This document shows, piece by piece, positions 1 to 12,572 of a stretch of 64,000 nucleotides of DNA. A program made the position numbers and the translations under genes. The stretch's first letter is position 1, and each line of letters opens with the position of its first letter. The notes beneath the pieces were generated by a model, which ran no database searches, was not told the DNA's origin, and was given only the letters and a program-made list of their open reading frames with translations. This DNA comes from Epiperipatus broadwayi (Eukaryota > Animalia > Onychophora): contig JAQFVV010000003.1 of assembly GCA_028023455.1 (NCBI GenBank), positions 11,470,001-11,534,000 of the forward strand. Direction: 5' to 3'.

Positions 1-539
1 AAGAACCATCAAGAGAAAAGACAATTATTGGTACTATAATGTACCCATACATTCCAAAAATAGCAGACAAATTAAGGAAAATCTGCAATCAGTATAACAT
101 CAGAACAGCTTTCCAGAGCCATACCATGCTAGAAGAAAATCTAACATCTACAAAGCCTAAACTTGAAATAATGAAAAGAAAAAACTGCATCTATGAAATA
201 CCATGTGAATGTGGAAAAATATATATTGGTGAGACCAGTCATCCCATTGAAAAGCACTTGCAAATTCACAAACTGATGATTAAAAGAGAGAAAATAGATG
301 TGTCCAAGGTAGCAGAACTGAGAAAATACAAAAATATTGGATAGAGAAGAAAAGGTACAAAGAAGAAAATTTAAAGAAGCTGCTCACATGACAATGGCAA
401 AAAACCCCATAAACCAATCTAGTGAGACTATATATAATGTATGCAAACCACTAATCAACTTTGCTCTTAGGAAAAAAATGGAGAAATCAGGAGGAACCTC
501 ATAGATAAGTATATGAAATTACTACAGACTGTTGCCTTT

Positions 540-615
540 GGCAGGATGGCTCAGTTAATTAGAGTATTACCTTAAAATTCAATAGAATCTAATGACCCAG
601 GTTCAAATTCCATGC
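540..615 (+). ncRNA. tRNA-derived (Pol III A/B box) head inside the PLE 3' region
   Basis: GGCAGGATGGCTCAGTTAATTAGAG (A-box-like) at 540-564 and GACCCAGGTTCAAATTCC (B-box-like) ending at 611. No intact cloverleaf. Confidence 0.55.
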
Positions 616-640
616 TAGTAGTGTCATTGGTCAGGCCAGC

Positions 641-685
641 AATACCTGAAGAAGAGGTGAGAATATGTCTCGAAATGTTGTGCAT
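641..685 (+). ncRNA. Degenerate minimal hammerhead ribozyme (PLE type)
   Basis: CTGAAGA (646-652), helix II GAGG..TCTC, GAAA (672-675), then TGTTGT, which is probably CpG-decayed CGTTGT. Confidence 0.6.
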
Positions 686-2985
686 ATATTAACCTGTTTG
701 ATGTGCTATTACTAACAATTGAATGTATTTGGAATATTTAAATAAAGTTAAATTTTTATAAAGACATTCAATACACATATTAAATGGTGGAAATAGTCCA
801 ATATAAAAATACAACTAGAACACCCTCATCACAAACCTTCAGGAAAACACTAATTCCTTAAATGTCTAGTTAACTAAAAAAATGAGAATGTATTGTACAT
901 AGTCATTGATTCTATTGTTCTGGTGGTATGAATTTAGTTAGTCCTAAATTATTAATGGAAGATTTAATTACTAGTAATGACTTTATATTGTTTAGAATTG
1001 TTTTCTTTATTTGTGTTAAGAATGGGAATATGTGACATGCACATTCATCATGTAATCTATCTGTGATCTATAGATAAATAAATCAAGAAAAAATTAGAAA
1101 TCATTTACTTTTAATAAATAAATTCAAATGTAGAGTAAATGAAGAATGAATAAATAATTTATTTAATTCAAAATAAAATATTAAATTTATCACATTGAAT
1201 GATAATAATAGACTCTGTTAAGATAACAAAAAAAGAAATTCATGAACCAATTTTTTAAAAAAGTGTTATTTCCAGGTAATGCAAAACTCAGAAACAACAC
1301 AAAGACTTTGTTTTTCATTGGAAAGGTTTTATTTATTTTATTTGCTTTCTTTTATTATTCTGTGGGTTTTGATATAAGCTAAAATGTACTTTGAGAAGAG
1401 ATTACAAAGGAGAGAGTGTGAGCTCTCCTCAGTTAATGTCTTCAAGAATAAATGATGTGGATAACTACAAATATTATGCTGAACGGTTTGAAGCCATTAA
1501 ATCTTTGGATTTGATAAGAACAATAGTCTTTAATAAAAGCAATAGATGGCCACCATCTAATGATAACATGAAGTCATATATTATTGTCTCTCATCTGGGA
1601 AATGTTATGGAAAACCATTGTGGAAAAAAAAATGGAAATATAATCCGAATATTAAAGATGCCGACCTTGGTAACAGATGCTAATATAAACAAATAATTTC
1701 TCAAAAATCCTTGCTAAACTAACTTTTATTTTATCTTCAATATTCAAAAAAATAATAATACACTAATAGATATATATTCAAATTTCTTTATTTTAAAATT
1801 TAAATTAAAAATGCAGTTTATATTATTCAGTATTATTCAGTACAAATTTAATAGATTAAGAAAGTAAGACTTAAATTCATTATTGACATTAATATTTCTA
1901 AAATAAATCAAATTAAAACATATTTAGCATTTAATTTTTTTATTGTTCTGAACATATGTAATTATGATGGAAGCTTTACTTGATCTAAATGATATTTAAA
2001 AATGAAAATTTTTGTACTGTATGAAAGATCATGTGTATTAACCCTTTATTATGCATGTTTAGTAATTTTTAAGATGTAGATCACAATTTAGCAATTGCAA
2101 TCTATCATGAATAGATTATAATAATACAATGGATTATTTTAGCTTACAATGGTTAAATTTAATTTTGTCTTATTATCTTAATAAACTTATATCTTATTAT
2201 TAATCTATGCATCATTTGATTTACCTATTTTACAAATTGCTTCATTTCATAAATATTGATTAACATATTACAAACTACACATCCACTAGATAATAAATCA
2301 TTTACTTATTAAATTTTTATTTACCAAATAAATACATAACTACACATAGGCTCAATAGTGTCTTGTAAATTCATGAGTTTATTATGATGTAGGTTAAGAT
2401 TATTACAAATTCATTTATGGCACATGAAAATAAATTGTTCTAACATTACCTAAGTATATTCATTACAATATATTATAGTGAATAGAGATAATGTTTTTAC
2501 AATTGAAGTTAACAATAAAGTTTATTCCACATTTGATAATGTTCTATCTATGATGTAAAATATATTGCCTGGGGAAAAAATGTAATCAAAAATAAAGTGA
2601 ACAAAAAAACTAGAGAAAAATTTGTAAAAATACTATAAACAAAATTTATAAAAGATACACATATTTTCAATGATTTAATAATGCTTATTAGACAATAATG
2701 AGATTTTTTATGACTTCCAAAGCTACATCATAATAATCATTAAATAAAATCATTAGATATTAAATATTTCAGTTCATTCAGAGTGGTGATTTCTGGAGAT
2801 GAGTAAAGATGTTACTAGCTTATTGAATTAAAGAAATTTACAAAGTTCATATATCTTATTCTTTTTCTAACAACTCTAATTACCATTCTGCTACTAACTT
2901 TTATAGGGGATCTAAACCCAGACTTTAATCTATCTTACACAACTGATACACATGACCAAATGCATGTAAAAAAGATAAATGATCT

Positions 2986-3027
2986 CCAATATACATATTT
3001 CATGCTGAACCAGCACTCATCAATTGG
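2986..3027 (-). ncRNA. Minimal type I hammerhead ribozyme, copy A (degenerate)
   Basis: Minus strand reads CCAA-TTGATGA-GTGCTG GTT CAGCAT-GAAA-TATGTATA-TTGG. Confidence 0.7.
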
Positions 3028-3195
3028 TCCAGCATAACAATAGTATCATTCCATCATCAGATTTTCAATGTTTTGGATGGCTGAAGAGTTGGAGGATGGA
3101 GTTGATTAAAGTCTGTCAATTAAAGTTGAAAATTGCTATCTTAATATAAAATGGGCACTAATTATATATGGGTGTGGGGGAGGTTATGACCTTGA

Positions 3196-3237
3196 CCAAC
3201 TAATGAGTGCTGGTCCAGCATGAAACACATATGTTGG
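3196..3237 (+). ncRNA. Minimal type I hammerhead ribozyme, copy B (degenerate)
   Basis: CCAA-CTAATGA-GTGCTG GTC CAGCAT-GAAA-CACATATG-TTGG. Confidence 0.7.
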
Positions 3238-6200
3238 AGATCATTTATCTTTTTCACATGTGTGTGGTCATGTGTATCAGTTATATGAGATAGGTTGGAT
3301 AGCTGAGGGAGCTTGAAAGTCTGTGTTCAGATCCTCCATAATTACATCTAAAATTTCAGGGATATAAAGTATATGTGTATTTAAATATTATTAACATTTA
3401 ATAAAAATTTAAAAAGAAAAAAGAGTTAGATTACACCAAGAAAAGTAGTCAGGTGGAATTTAAAAATAGATTTCAAGTGATATATGAAAGAATTCAAATA
3501 TGCAATAAATATAACTTTCATTGTTGAAGTTTTGTTAATTATAATGAGGCTTTTGATTTTATATGCACACCACCTATGATTAATAATTTTAAAACTCAAA
3601 AATTGATTTCCCTTATTATGCATATTAATGAAGTAAGAGGCTTATTATATTAAAGTTTTAAACATTACTATTATTAGATGCAAGCATGTCAACTTTTAAA
3701 ATATATATGAATAGCATTTCTCCATAATGATTGATTATCTGTTTGATTTAACTATAAACCTTTCAGAACATTATTTACATTTATAACAAATAATATCTTT
3801 TGTTATATGAACAAATTAAATGATTTCAAGCTGCCTTTTTACATTCAAGAAAAATCCCAGATCTAATCTAATAAAGTATTCTCTTATTTATTTCTTTGTC
3901 ATCATGATATTCTCAAAAGTCTTCAGCAGCATCAATATTTTTTCTATCTTCACTAAAGTTTGTGATATAATTCTAAAATTAAATACTAAATTAAATTGCA
4001 TTAAGAAATGGCAAACAATGGAAAACTATTATTAATTATTATTGCCTTAAAAATTAACAGAATATTATATCATCAAAATAATCTGAAAAAATTTCTGAGA
4101 ATATACAAATATTACATATTAGAGATCTTTTTATATTCAATTTTATATAAGCAAAAAGTGTCATTGGACACCAAATGGCAGTGCTTTAATCAGTTTCAGG
4201 TATTCTAAATGTAGTTTTATAAATTACACTCCATCTTATACTATTAAAGATAATTACAAATGTTTTGAATTCAACTCAATTGCTTATATAATTATAAAAA
4301 ACTAATATAATGATAGCAACATTTTATTTTTGTAACCTCAGTTAATAGATGATTATAAGAATGCTTGACCTTTTGATAGATAGATGGCATATATCAAAAT
4401 ATAATTAGTTTGACTTGCTCTATAAAAAAAATTATGAATTTAAAGAGGAAAAATTGAAATCTCAAAATTAGCACACATTGAATAAATTAATTTTAATTTG
4501 AAAATAAATGATTTTTTTTTTTTCCTAATAAAACTTGAAGGATTATAATTACAATTTTTTTTTTTAATCAATGGTTCAAAAAAGGGATGTCTATTAATAA
4601 GATAACAGACTCCATCACAACAGTAATGAATAAACTGCTGAAAAACCTAAGTAACCAACAGTTGGCAAAACATTCAAAAATAAATTCATTCATATGTTTA
4701 TCCAAATTCAACATCAAGTTGACAAATTCATTATCTTATACTGTAGCTTTAAACAACTGAATCCATTAAAAATTATATTGTTTTTCCGAAACAAATAACA
4801 GAATCAATTTTACCATAAAAATAGCAGGCAATGCTATATATATACCCTTATAACATGAGAGTATCTTATTGTCTATATTTTAAACCTATCTTTAGGTATA
4901 AATCTAACACACTTAGCATTATGTTTAACATGTTTCAATTAGTTATACTGTTCTGATCAAACACAGAATTGAAATAATAGTCTACTTAGATTGGTTATAT
5001 CATGTGAAGTATATAGAATAGAGAAAAAATAAATAAATCATATGGTAAAGTTAGTTTATATTTAAAATATATATTTTGTTTAAAATCACACTACAATCCA
5101 GGCATGTCACATGTTCTACATTTATAATTATGCAATCATTTTTTTAAAGATTAATAGAAGGTAATTTTATTTTCATCTACAATATTTTGGGTTTATTTTC
5201 TAAATAGTTTTTATTTATCAAAGGAAATATTTTTTAAATTAAATTCAGAAAATTAAAGATAAAAACAGAAAGAGATATTTCCTGTATAATTCTCAGATAT
5301 TTAAATTGAGTTTCTGCTTCAGAAGAAGCATTTAATGATTTCAATTTTGCTTCATACATAATGCCTATTTCATATTAGATATTCATGTTGAAAACTAAAA
5401 TATATATATTACTAAAATATTATAGCAAACTAAACTGAAACCTTTTTAAAAATTCTTCAAACATTAACAATGTTCCATTAAATGCATTATAATTAAAATT
5501 AAGAACTAACACTAACCAAATAAACAAATAAATAATTTATACTCTATTGAAGCTATAGCTATGGTATAAAAATGAGATTTTGTTTTTCCTTCTTTATATT
5601 ATAATATTATGATGAACTAAATAAGATATTTATTTTGACTAAGTATTAAATATATAGCTGAAATGTTAAACTAATACTGTTCAAATATCAAGATAAATGA
5701 AGTTGTGTTCTAATAAAGCCAAATCTGTGATATAGAATTGAAAATTTTATGTTTTTCTTCATTGTGTTATCCTTTAAGAACTAGATATCCAGTAAATAAA
5801 CAGTTCCTAAATATGTATCCAAATAACCTGTAATTTAATAGATTACTCTTAGAGTATTAAATAAAATTATAATTTTTGTTTGACCAGAAGTAGGTTTTTT
5901 GTAAATTTAATGTAATTGACAAACAATACTGTAAATAAGTTTGTGATTAAAACACTTTTTAAATTTTAAAATAAAAAAATGAATGTATGTTCATATATAT
6001 ATTCAACCGCCTTTTTTTAAGTCTTTACACATTGGCAATATGACAATAATTAGAAATAAAAACTAACACTATCTAAATTTGTGTTTGTATTTATTGTGGT
6101 CTGTAGGCATTTATAATTTCTAAAAAATCAAATGTGTATTTAAATTCATACTAATACTAACTTTTAAATATATCTGTGTGTGTTATAAAAATTTTAATTC

Positions 6201-6511
6201 AAAAATGCAATTTTTATTTTAAAAAGCAGAAATGATGATAAATTGGAACATTATATATGATAAAAACATAAAATATTCAAAAGTGAAAATGGAAAGATAA
6301 ATAACCCATAGCTGTGGGATAAAAAATTAGAAGATGACTTTAAAAATCAGTATAATTCATTCTAATAATATATTTAAAAGGGCAAAATAAATATAACATT
6401 CAATACAATAATTATCTGAATATGTGCACATGTATGTATATAACTATCCCATCAATAATACATTCAATATTAATATTGCTTTAAGTATAAAACAAATTTA
6501 TATATATATAT

Positions 6512-6963
6512 TGTAATGATCCAGTCGATAGGACTTAACGTAATCTGCACTACAAGGCGCCATCTAGGCATTTGAACCTAGAAAAATTTATAAAGTAGGC
6601 AGATACGTAAGTCAAAAAAAAAAAATTTTTTTTTTTTTATATTTTGCATCCGATCGTTAGCCCATGTCACTAGCTCAGGGAGTAGCAGAGATTTAATAAT
6701 ATCATATCTTATCTAATTAGATTTCAACATTAAAAAATAAATCAAATAAGCCACTGCCAGTAATTAGCATACAAACATTTATTTATGCACATATATATAA
6801 GATTTAAAATTGTTTTAGTATCAGTTTACATTTTAACATTATATTTTAACTTGACTTTAATTTACATTTAATTACTATTATATTATAATTTTACATTTTA
6901 ATTAAGTTCGCACATATAAATTTATGAAAGCTTGTTTATAATATTGAATATAGATCGGTTACA
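6512..6963. repeat. Candidate LTR (about 452 bp) of the Gypsy-like element
   Basis: Starts TGTAATGATC and ends GATCGGTTACA. Contains the CTCF-like GGCGCCATCTAGGC at 6556-6569. Confidence 0.45.
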
Positions 6964-8717
6964 TAGATTACACGGTTAAACACATTTCAAAGTAAACATA
7001 AACGATCAAAATACAAAATTATTGATTACTGACAATTGCGGAGGGAAATTTATACGTAACCCAATAGTATTCACCATAAGATACTTGCATTGTCACCAAT
7101 AACTTAAAAGAGATCCGAATAAATACATTTTAGATACTCACCATAAGGTATCATTATTTATCGAATGTCTATATATTTTGATCAAATATGAAAACCCAAA
7201 ACATACTTAACCGATAACCAATCCATGCAAGCGTCTATAAACAACTTAAATTTAATGCATTTTTATTTAGGGTCAAGTATGAATAGACCACATAGATTTG
7301 CATTTGAAAATAAAATATTCTATCCCTATTTAACCTTAGGTTAAAATTCGTAGTCAAACCGGCATCAATTCATCTGATATATCGATGTATTCAATGTAAT
7401 AAAATACGGCAGCACAAAAAGTTAAGAGAAGAAATTGCTTCCCATGAGATAGGAATATTACATCTATCTGCAAAGAAAAGCAATAAAACAAAAAACTCCA
7501 TAGAAAGGAACTGCGGTATCCGACTTATAATTCCTTCCATAGGCAAACGGAAGTGTGCGGCGTATGAAGCGATTCTTCCCGTAGCGAATCAATATTACAT
7601 CTACTAATCACACCAATATATCCAATCCATTGACCCAATTTAACCACAAAATAAATAACCTAAGATTACCCTCCCCTAATATAACTTTACAAATCTATAC
7701 AGCCATTCACGCCCGACTTAAGTTTAACATTGATATATTTTAATTTATCGGAAAACAGAAATCATAAATAAACTTAAAGAACAAAATTAAATAAATGGAA
7801 ATGATTTTACATAAATAAGAAAAAAATATATATCAAATAACACTATTAATAAAGAATTTAGTTTGGTCAGATAGGATTCTATTGCATTATTTACTAAAAA
7901 GTTTTAAAATTTAGAGTTCTTATTGTTTCAAGTGAATATAAAGTTCTTATGATTTTTAAAACGTCCAACTTTATCCATTGCTTGCCATGAATGTGAATTC
8001 CCACGCCGTCCTAAGATAGGTATCCATTTAGCCGTTGTTTTATTTATTCATTCGGAGGTTTTTTTAGTTTAATTGGTCCTCAATGTAGGAAACGATAGTT
8101 CATTTCTCCTTTCTTTAACAGCTGAAAGAATTGACAGTGCGTCTGTCAATTCTATCACCTCCAACTCCGTACTAATACATATAGTCACATCGTAATAATC
8201 AATTAACTCACTAATTAATAATTTCCAACCTTGTCCTTTTTATATTAATGTGAAGGATTGAATTTACATTACGTCACCGATGCGATGGTCCTTTCGCTGC
8301 GGTCCGATTCCATAGGGATTTCTTCTTATTTGCTAACAGTTTCTATTGTTTTCCTATCTGACTGATGTTTTTTACATTTAAATGCCCAAGGCTGGTTTCC
8401 ATTTAACTAATTAACAATCATTTCCATTTCTGATTAATTACCCTGTTTTCCAAATCAAAAATATATTTAAAGATAAATTTAAAGATATAATTTTATCTCC
8501 AAATCTTTTTAAAATTTAGATTTAAAATACTTTTTCTTTAATAAAGTTTTATTTTAATAATTTTTCATTATCTGTGCGATTTAACATGTACGAGTTTAAG
8601 ATGATATTTAATTTCAATTTTTAATTCTTAAAGAAAATTTTTAAATGCGAACTTCTTATTTTAACTTGTTTAATAATATAAAAAAAAACAATGTAACGAA
8701 CGTCTGTGCTCGTTACA
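6512..8717 (-). mobile_element. Internally deleted Gypsy-like LTR retrotransposon inserted in a (TA)n tract
   Basis: TG...CA termini with a 10-bp imperfect inverted repeat (8/10) and (TA)n on both sides. Minus-strand remnants: RT (TLPFAYG; LQIDVIFLS at the YxDD position) and RNase H (ILDPK..FKLFIDAC; F*VIGDNASILW). Rich in CpG relative to the flanks. Confidence 0.65.
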
Positions 8718-9407
8718 ATATATATATATATATATGTTATGAGCATATAATTTTTTGATGGAAAGCATTTCCAAGAAAGTTTATGATTTTCTTTTGGTAA
8801 TCAATACATATTTAACCCAATATACATTTAGTAACTGATCAATAAATGAATACCTAGTTCTTTTTTTTTAGTTAGATAACGAACAAAGAAAGAAAATTAT
8901 AAAAATCCCTCACCATTAGATAGTTGAATAGCCTGGAGAATAATATATTTTTCCTCAAAAATGATAGGGAAGCCTTTATCTTATTGTGAATAATCTGAAA
9001 ACTAAATTTTATCATTATTAAGCATTACATGAATAGCCCAACATAACATTTAATTAAAAAAAATCACATCTGATATTTAACCTAATCCAATGTTCTCTAC
9101 AAAAAAAAAAAAAACCAGACTAATTAGCTAGAAAACGAGTATTAAGAGTCTGACCTGCACTACTATTCAGTCTAGTATCCATAACATTATTCATAGCTTA
9201 TATATTTTGCTTTGAAATTGAATAATATATTAAAATTAAATATATAAGCCTACATATATTTGCTTCATTTTTAAACAATTGATTTAATTAAATCTTTTTG
9301 TTGTATGTGGGCATGAATGAAATCACATAAATTGTATTTAAACATAACAAATTTGATTTACTTTAGATTTAGTTTCTTTAGTATCATTTTAGTCTACATT
9401 GTTAAGT

Positions 9408-9412
<5 letters not shown>

Positions 9413-9438
<26 letters not shown>
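9413..9438. repeat. (TA)n microsatellite
   Basis: Direct reading. Confidence 0.9.
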
Positions 9439-12400
9439 TTAATAAGCAACTGTTTAAAAACTTTTTTTTAAAAGAAAAAGAACAGTTATATTTTACTTTA
9501 GGTACATAAATTTAGCCAATTTCTCTTTTGGGTCAATTTATTAAAACATAGATTAAAAGATTTATATCCATTTTATTGAGAAAAAAAATTCTCTTTTTGC
9601 TTCATTTTAAATTAAAAACTTTTAATTTTGTTAATCGAATATTTTTTTATATGTTAATTTTATCTTTACCATAAAAGTATTAATTTGGTGAAAACGTATA
9701 TAAAACTACTTGAGCATAATTATTGAAACGATAAATAAACAACAAGTGTCCAGAAAAATAAATTAATCAGGGGAATGAAATAAAAAATTTTAGTAAAAAT
9801 AAAAAATAGTAAAGAGTAGATGACCTGATTAAATTCGGCAAAATCAAATTTTATTAAATCATTTAATCAAATAAATTCTGAGAATTCAATGAAAGAATAT
9901 TCTAGAAATCTTTTGTTAATTTAATATAAAAACCTAGTATGGCATGTTTTAAAGGTCTTCAAACCAGGTCTTTAAATCAGTCATTGCTAGAAGCTATGCC
10001 CAAAAAAAAAGGATCATGTGTAGACTAGTGGGTAGAACTGCCTATACCTTCAATCAGTCACACCTGAATATATGCAAGTGGTAGAATATTAGTCATTTAT
10101 TTGTAATTTTAAGAAATACCTTCCTAGCAATGTTGAAGAAAAAAGCATGTCATCCATTTGTTGTAACTTTATCAAGAGCCCCAAAGGAATACAGTCCTCA
10201 AGAAACATTTCTGCTATAACTTAAGTTTTCCTGATTATGAACTAAATTAATAATCAAATATTCTGTAAATTTAGAAGCTCCAATAACAACATAAAGTATA
10301 ATGAATCTGCAAGCTAAAATGTTTAAAGCTCTGTCTGAAAAGTATACTAAAAGGAATTCTGAAATGAAAATATAATTTCAAGAGAAGTTATGCAACATAC
10401 TCATCAACATAGCTTTGTTTTAAACTTTGGATTTCTGCATGCAAGTGATCAATCATTTTTGGACTTTCACTATAGACTCTTGCCATGAAAAAATGTTGGT
10501 AATATATATTATTTTATTACTGATTTAATGCATAATTTTCGTATAATTACATATGTTTATTTTATTTTATATTGTGCTTGCAATTTTATGTTTTAATGTA
10601 AGGAAATGTCCTTAATTAGTTCGAATATGTTGTGAATAAATTATATTGTTGAGCAGTAGGTGATATTTGGGTGATTGTATTTTGTTATAATAGTAAACCT
10701 GAGTCATTTTAATTGATCAAGATTGTATTGAAAAAGTTATAAATTGCTTAAATGTTGCACTTCCCTCACCATGTTATTTGTATTTTATTTTCCTTTTTGA
10801 GTAGTTTTATTTTTTATTATATTATTCATTTGTCTGGTTAGGTAGTTAGGAGTAAATTTTAGATTTAGTTAAAAATATTATATGAAAACAATGAATGCAT
10901 GTAATTTTTTTTAAAAAGCCATTATAGTATATATGATCCATTTATATAAATAAAAGTTTTTACATTAGCCATGATAGGATTTTTTTTAATGTTTTAAAAA
11001 ATACATTGAATCAATTGTAATAAATACTGACTAGTTTATATTTTGTAAATTATTTTCTGGTTATGTATGCATATGGCAAAACCTACAACATTAAAAATTG
11101 AGTGCTTGAAAATATATTTATAATCTTTGGATGGATCTAGGACCTATCTAGATTGATTATTTATTTTAATTATTGTTAATTGTATATTATAATCAAGGGA
11201 GGGATGTTTATTATGCTCACATTTGTATATGGCTTGCAATGATTTGTGTGACATGTAAAAATGTAGTATCATGTTTGAGACATGTAAATTTTTAGCTTCC
11301 AGGCCAATCACTTAAGATTTAATAAGCGATTTCCATTAATATTTTCTTGCTAAGTTGTAAGTATTTTTCAATATTTGTTATTTAAGCAGATGAATATTTC
11401 CTGCTGGGTGCTTATAGCTATATACCCAGTATTTTTTTTTCTCATTTAAGTCCATGCAAAGGCTGGTATACCTCCTTTGTTTTGATATTTATTAACTGTG
11501 TATCCTCTTTCACAGCCTAGTATATCAATGAATTATTTATATATTTTAGTAATATACTTGAAATCTACCTCTTTTGTCTGCTGCATTATATCATGAATAT
11601 TTTACCCATGAAAATGTCATAATGTATATATCATTTTGCGATTGTATTCACTTATGGAGATGTTAAATTCTAATGTTGAATCTTGACTTAGTTGTGCCAG
11701 GCATTTAAATTATTTATGTATTAAAATATTTCTAAATAGAGCTACATTATCCATCCAGAAATCATTGGAATGCATAAGATAAAATAAATAATATCCATAT
11801 GTTAAACTAATGTTTTCATGAAGCATGGTGATAATTATAAAATAGACAATAATGCTATATAAACTGAGATAATGATAGTAATATTTCTCAGCTCCAGTTA
11901 TGATAATTTTATAAAAATAGTTGCTAAATTTGTCTAGTGAGGGACATTAGTAATTTGTATTTAAACTTGAACTATGGTCAATGTGTTCCAATTAAACATG
12001 TGTTCAATTCATTAACTGGACACTATTTAAAGGATTATCGTCAGTTCAAACCCCAAGCAAGTTTTTTTACACACTGAACCAGCATAATGTGGGTCATCCA
12101 TCATTCCACTTATATATCTGTGAAATGTGTTTATAATTTTATCTCCTTTCTTTTATTGCTGCTTTCTATAATATGAATAAAGATAATACTCATTATCTCA
12201 GCATCTTGCATTATCTATTGTAATCAATTTATTTTATGTTTTCTGTAGTTGAATTTAGAATCTCTTGTATCTCCCTGACTTAAAAGCATATAAAAGAAAA
12301 GGGGATATTAATATTAAATGCTGTAACCAGGTGAAGATAGCTTGGATGCAATAGATAATGATGTTCTGGCTTTGTATTATTTGTGGTAATGTTTATGTAT

Positions 12401-12531
12401 TATATATGTGTCGCACATACATATGAGTTGGATAGTCATTGCCTAGTTCTCAGGATTGACTTTATTGAGCTGCAGATTTGACTATTACAGTATGTCACCT
12501 TTGTCTGAATTTAATCATCATCTATCTGTTT

Positions 12532-12572
12532 TCTCTCTCTCTCTCTCTGTATATATATATATATATATATAT
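12532..12572. repeat. Compound (CT)n/(TA)n microsatellite
   Basis: Direct reading. Confidence 0.85.

Larger units (their letters stand above)
1..745 (+). mobile_element. Penelope-like element 3' remnant (GIY-YIG endonuclease plus pseudo-LTR), 5' end outside the window
   Basis: ORF 39-344 contains NCIYEIPCECGKIYIGETS, the PLE GIY-YIG signature, preceded by PYIPKIADKLRKIC. The frameshifted C-terminal helix follows, then an HHR-like motif and AATAAA. Confidence 0.85.
2900..3340. repeat. Inverted pair of a PLE-pseudo-LTR-like unit, each arm carrying a hammerhead
   Basis: 2900-3045 is an imperfect reverse complement of 3185-3340 (shared ACTGATACACATGACCA, AAAAAGATAAATGATCTCCAA, CAGCACTCAT). Confidence 0.8.

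Noticed and set aside
4570-5370. Candidate host exons (minus-strand frames ECFANCWLLRF... and GIMYEAKLKSL...)
   Set aside because: No recognisable protein and no convincing paired splice sites.
7920-8300. Minus-strand WQAMDKVGRF read as an integrase motif, or the block read as an organellar/bacterial insert
   Set aside because: It lies upstream of RT/RH, which is wrong for a Gypsy integrase. A protease/gag remnant fits better. I recognised no organellar or bacterial gene motifs.
10090-10220. Minus-strand exon-like frame EMFLEDCIPLGLLIKLQQMDD
   Set aside because: An AG/GT pair is present, but there is no homology cue or partner exon.
12320-12495. Two short plus-strand exon-like segments (GEDSLDAIDNDVLALYYL / WIDFIELQI*)
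   Set aside because: Splice-like sites are common by chance in AT-rich DNA and the peptide is unrecognised.
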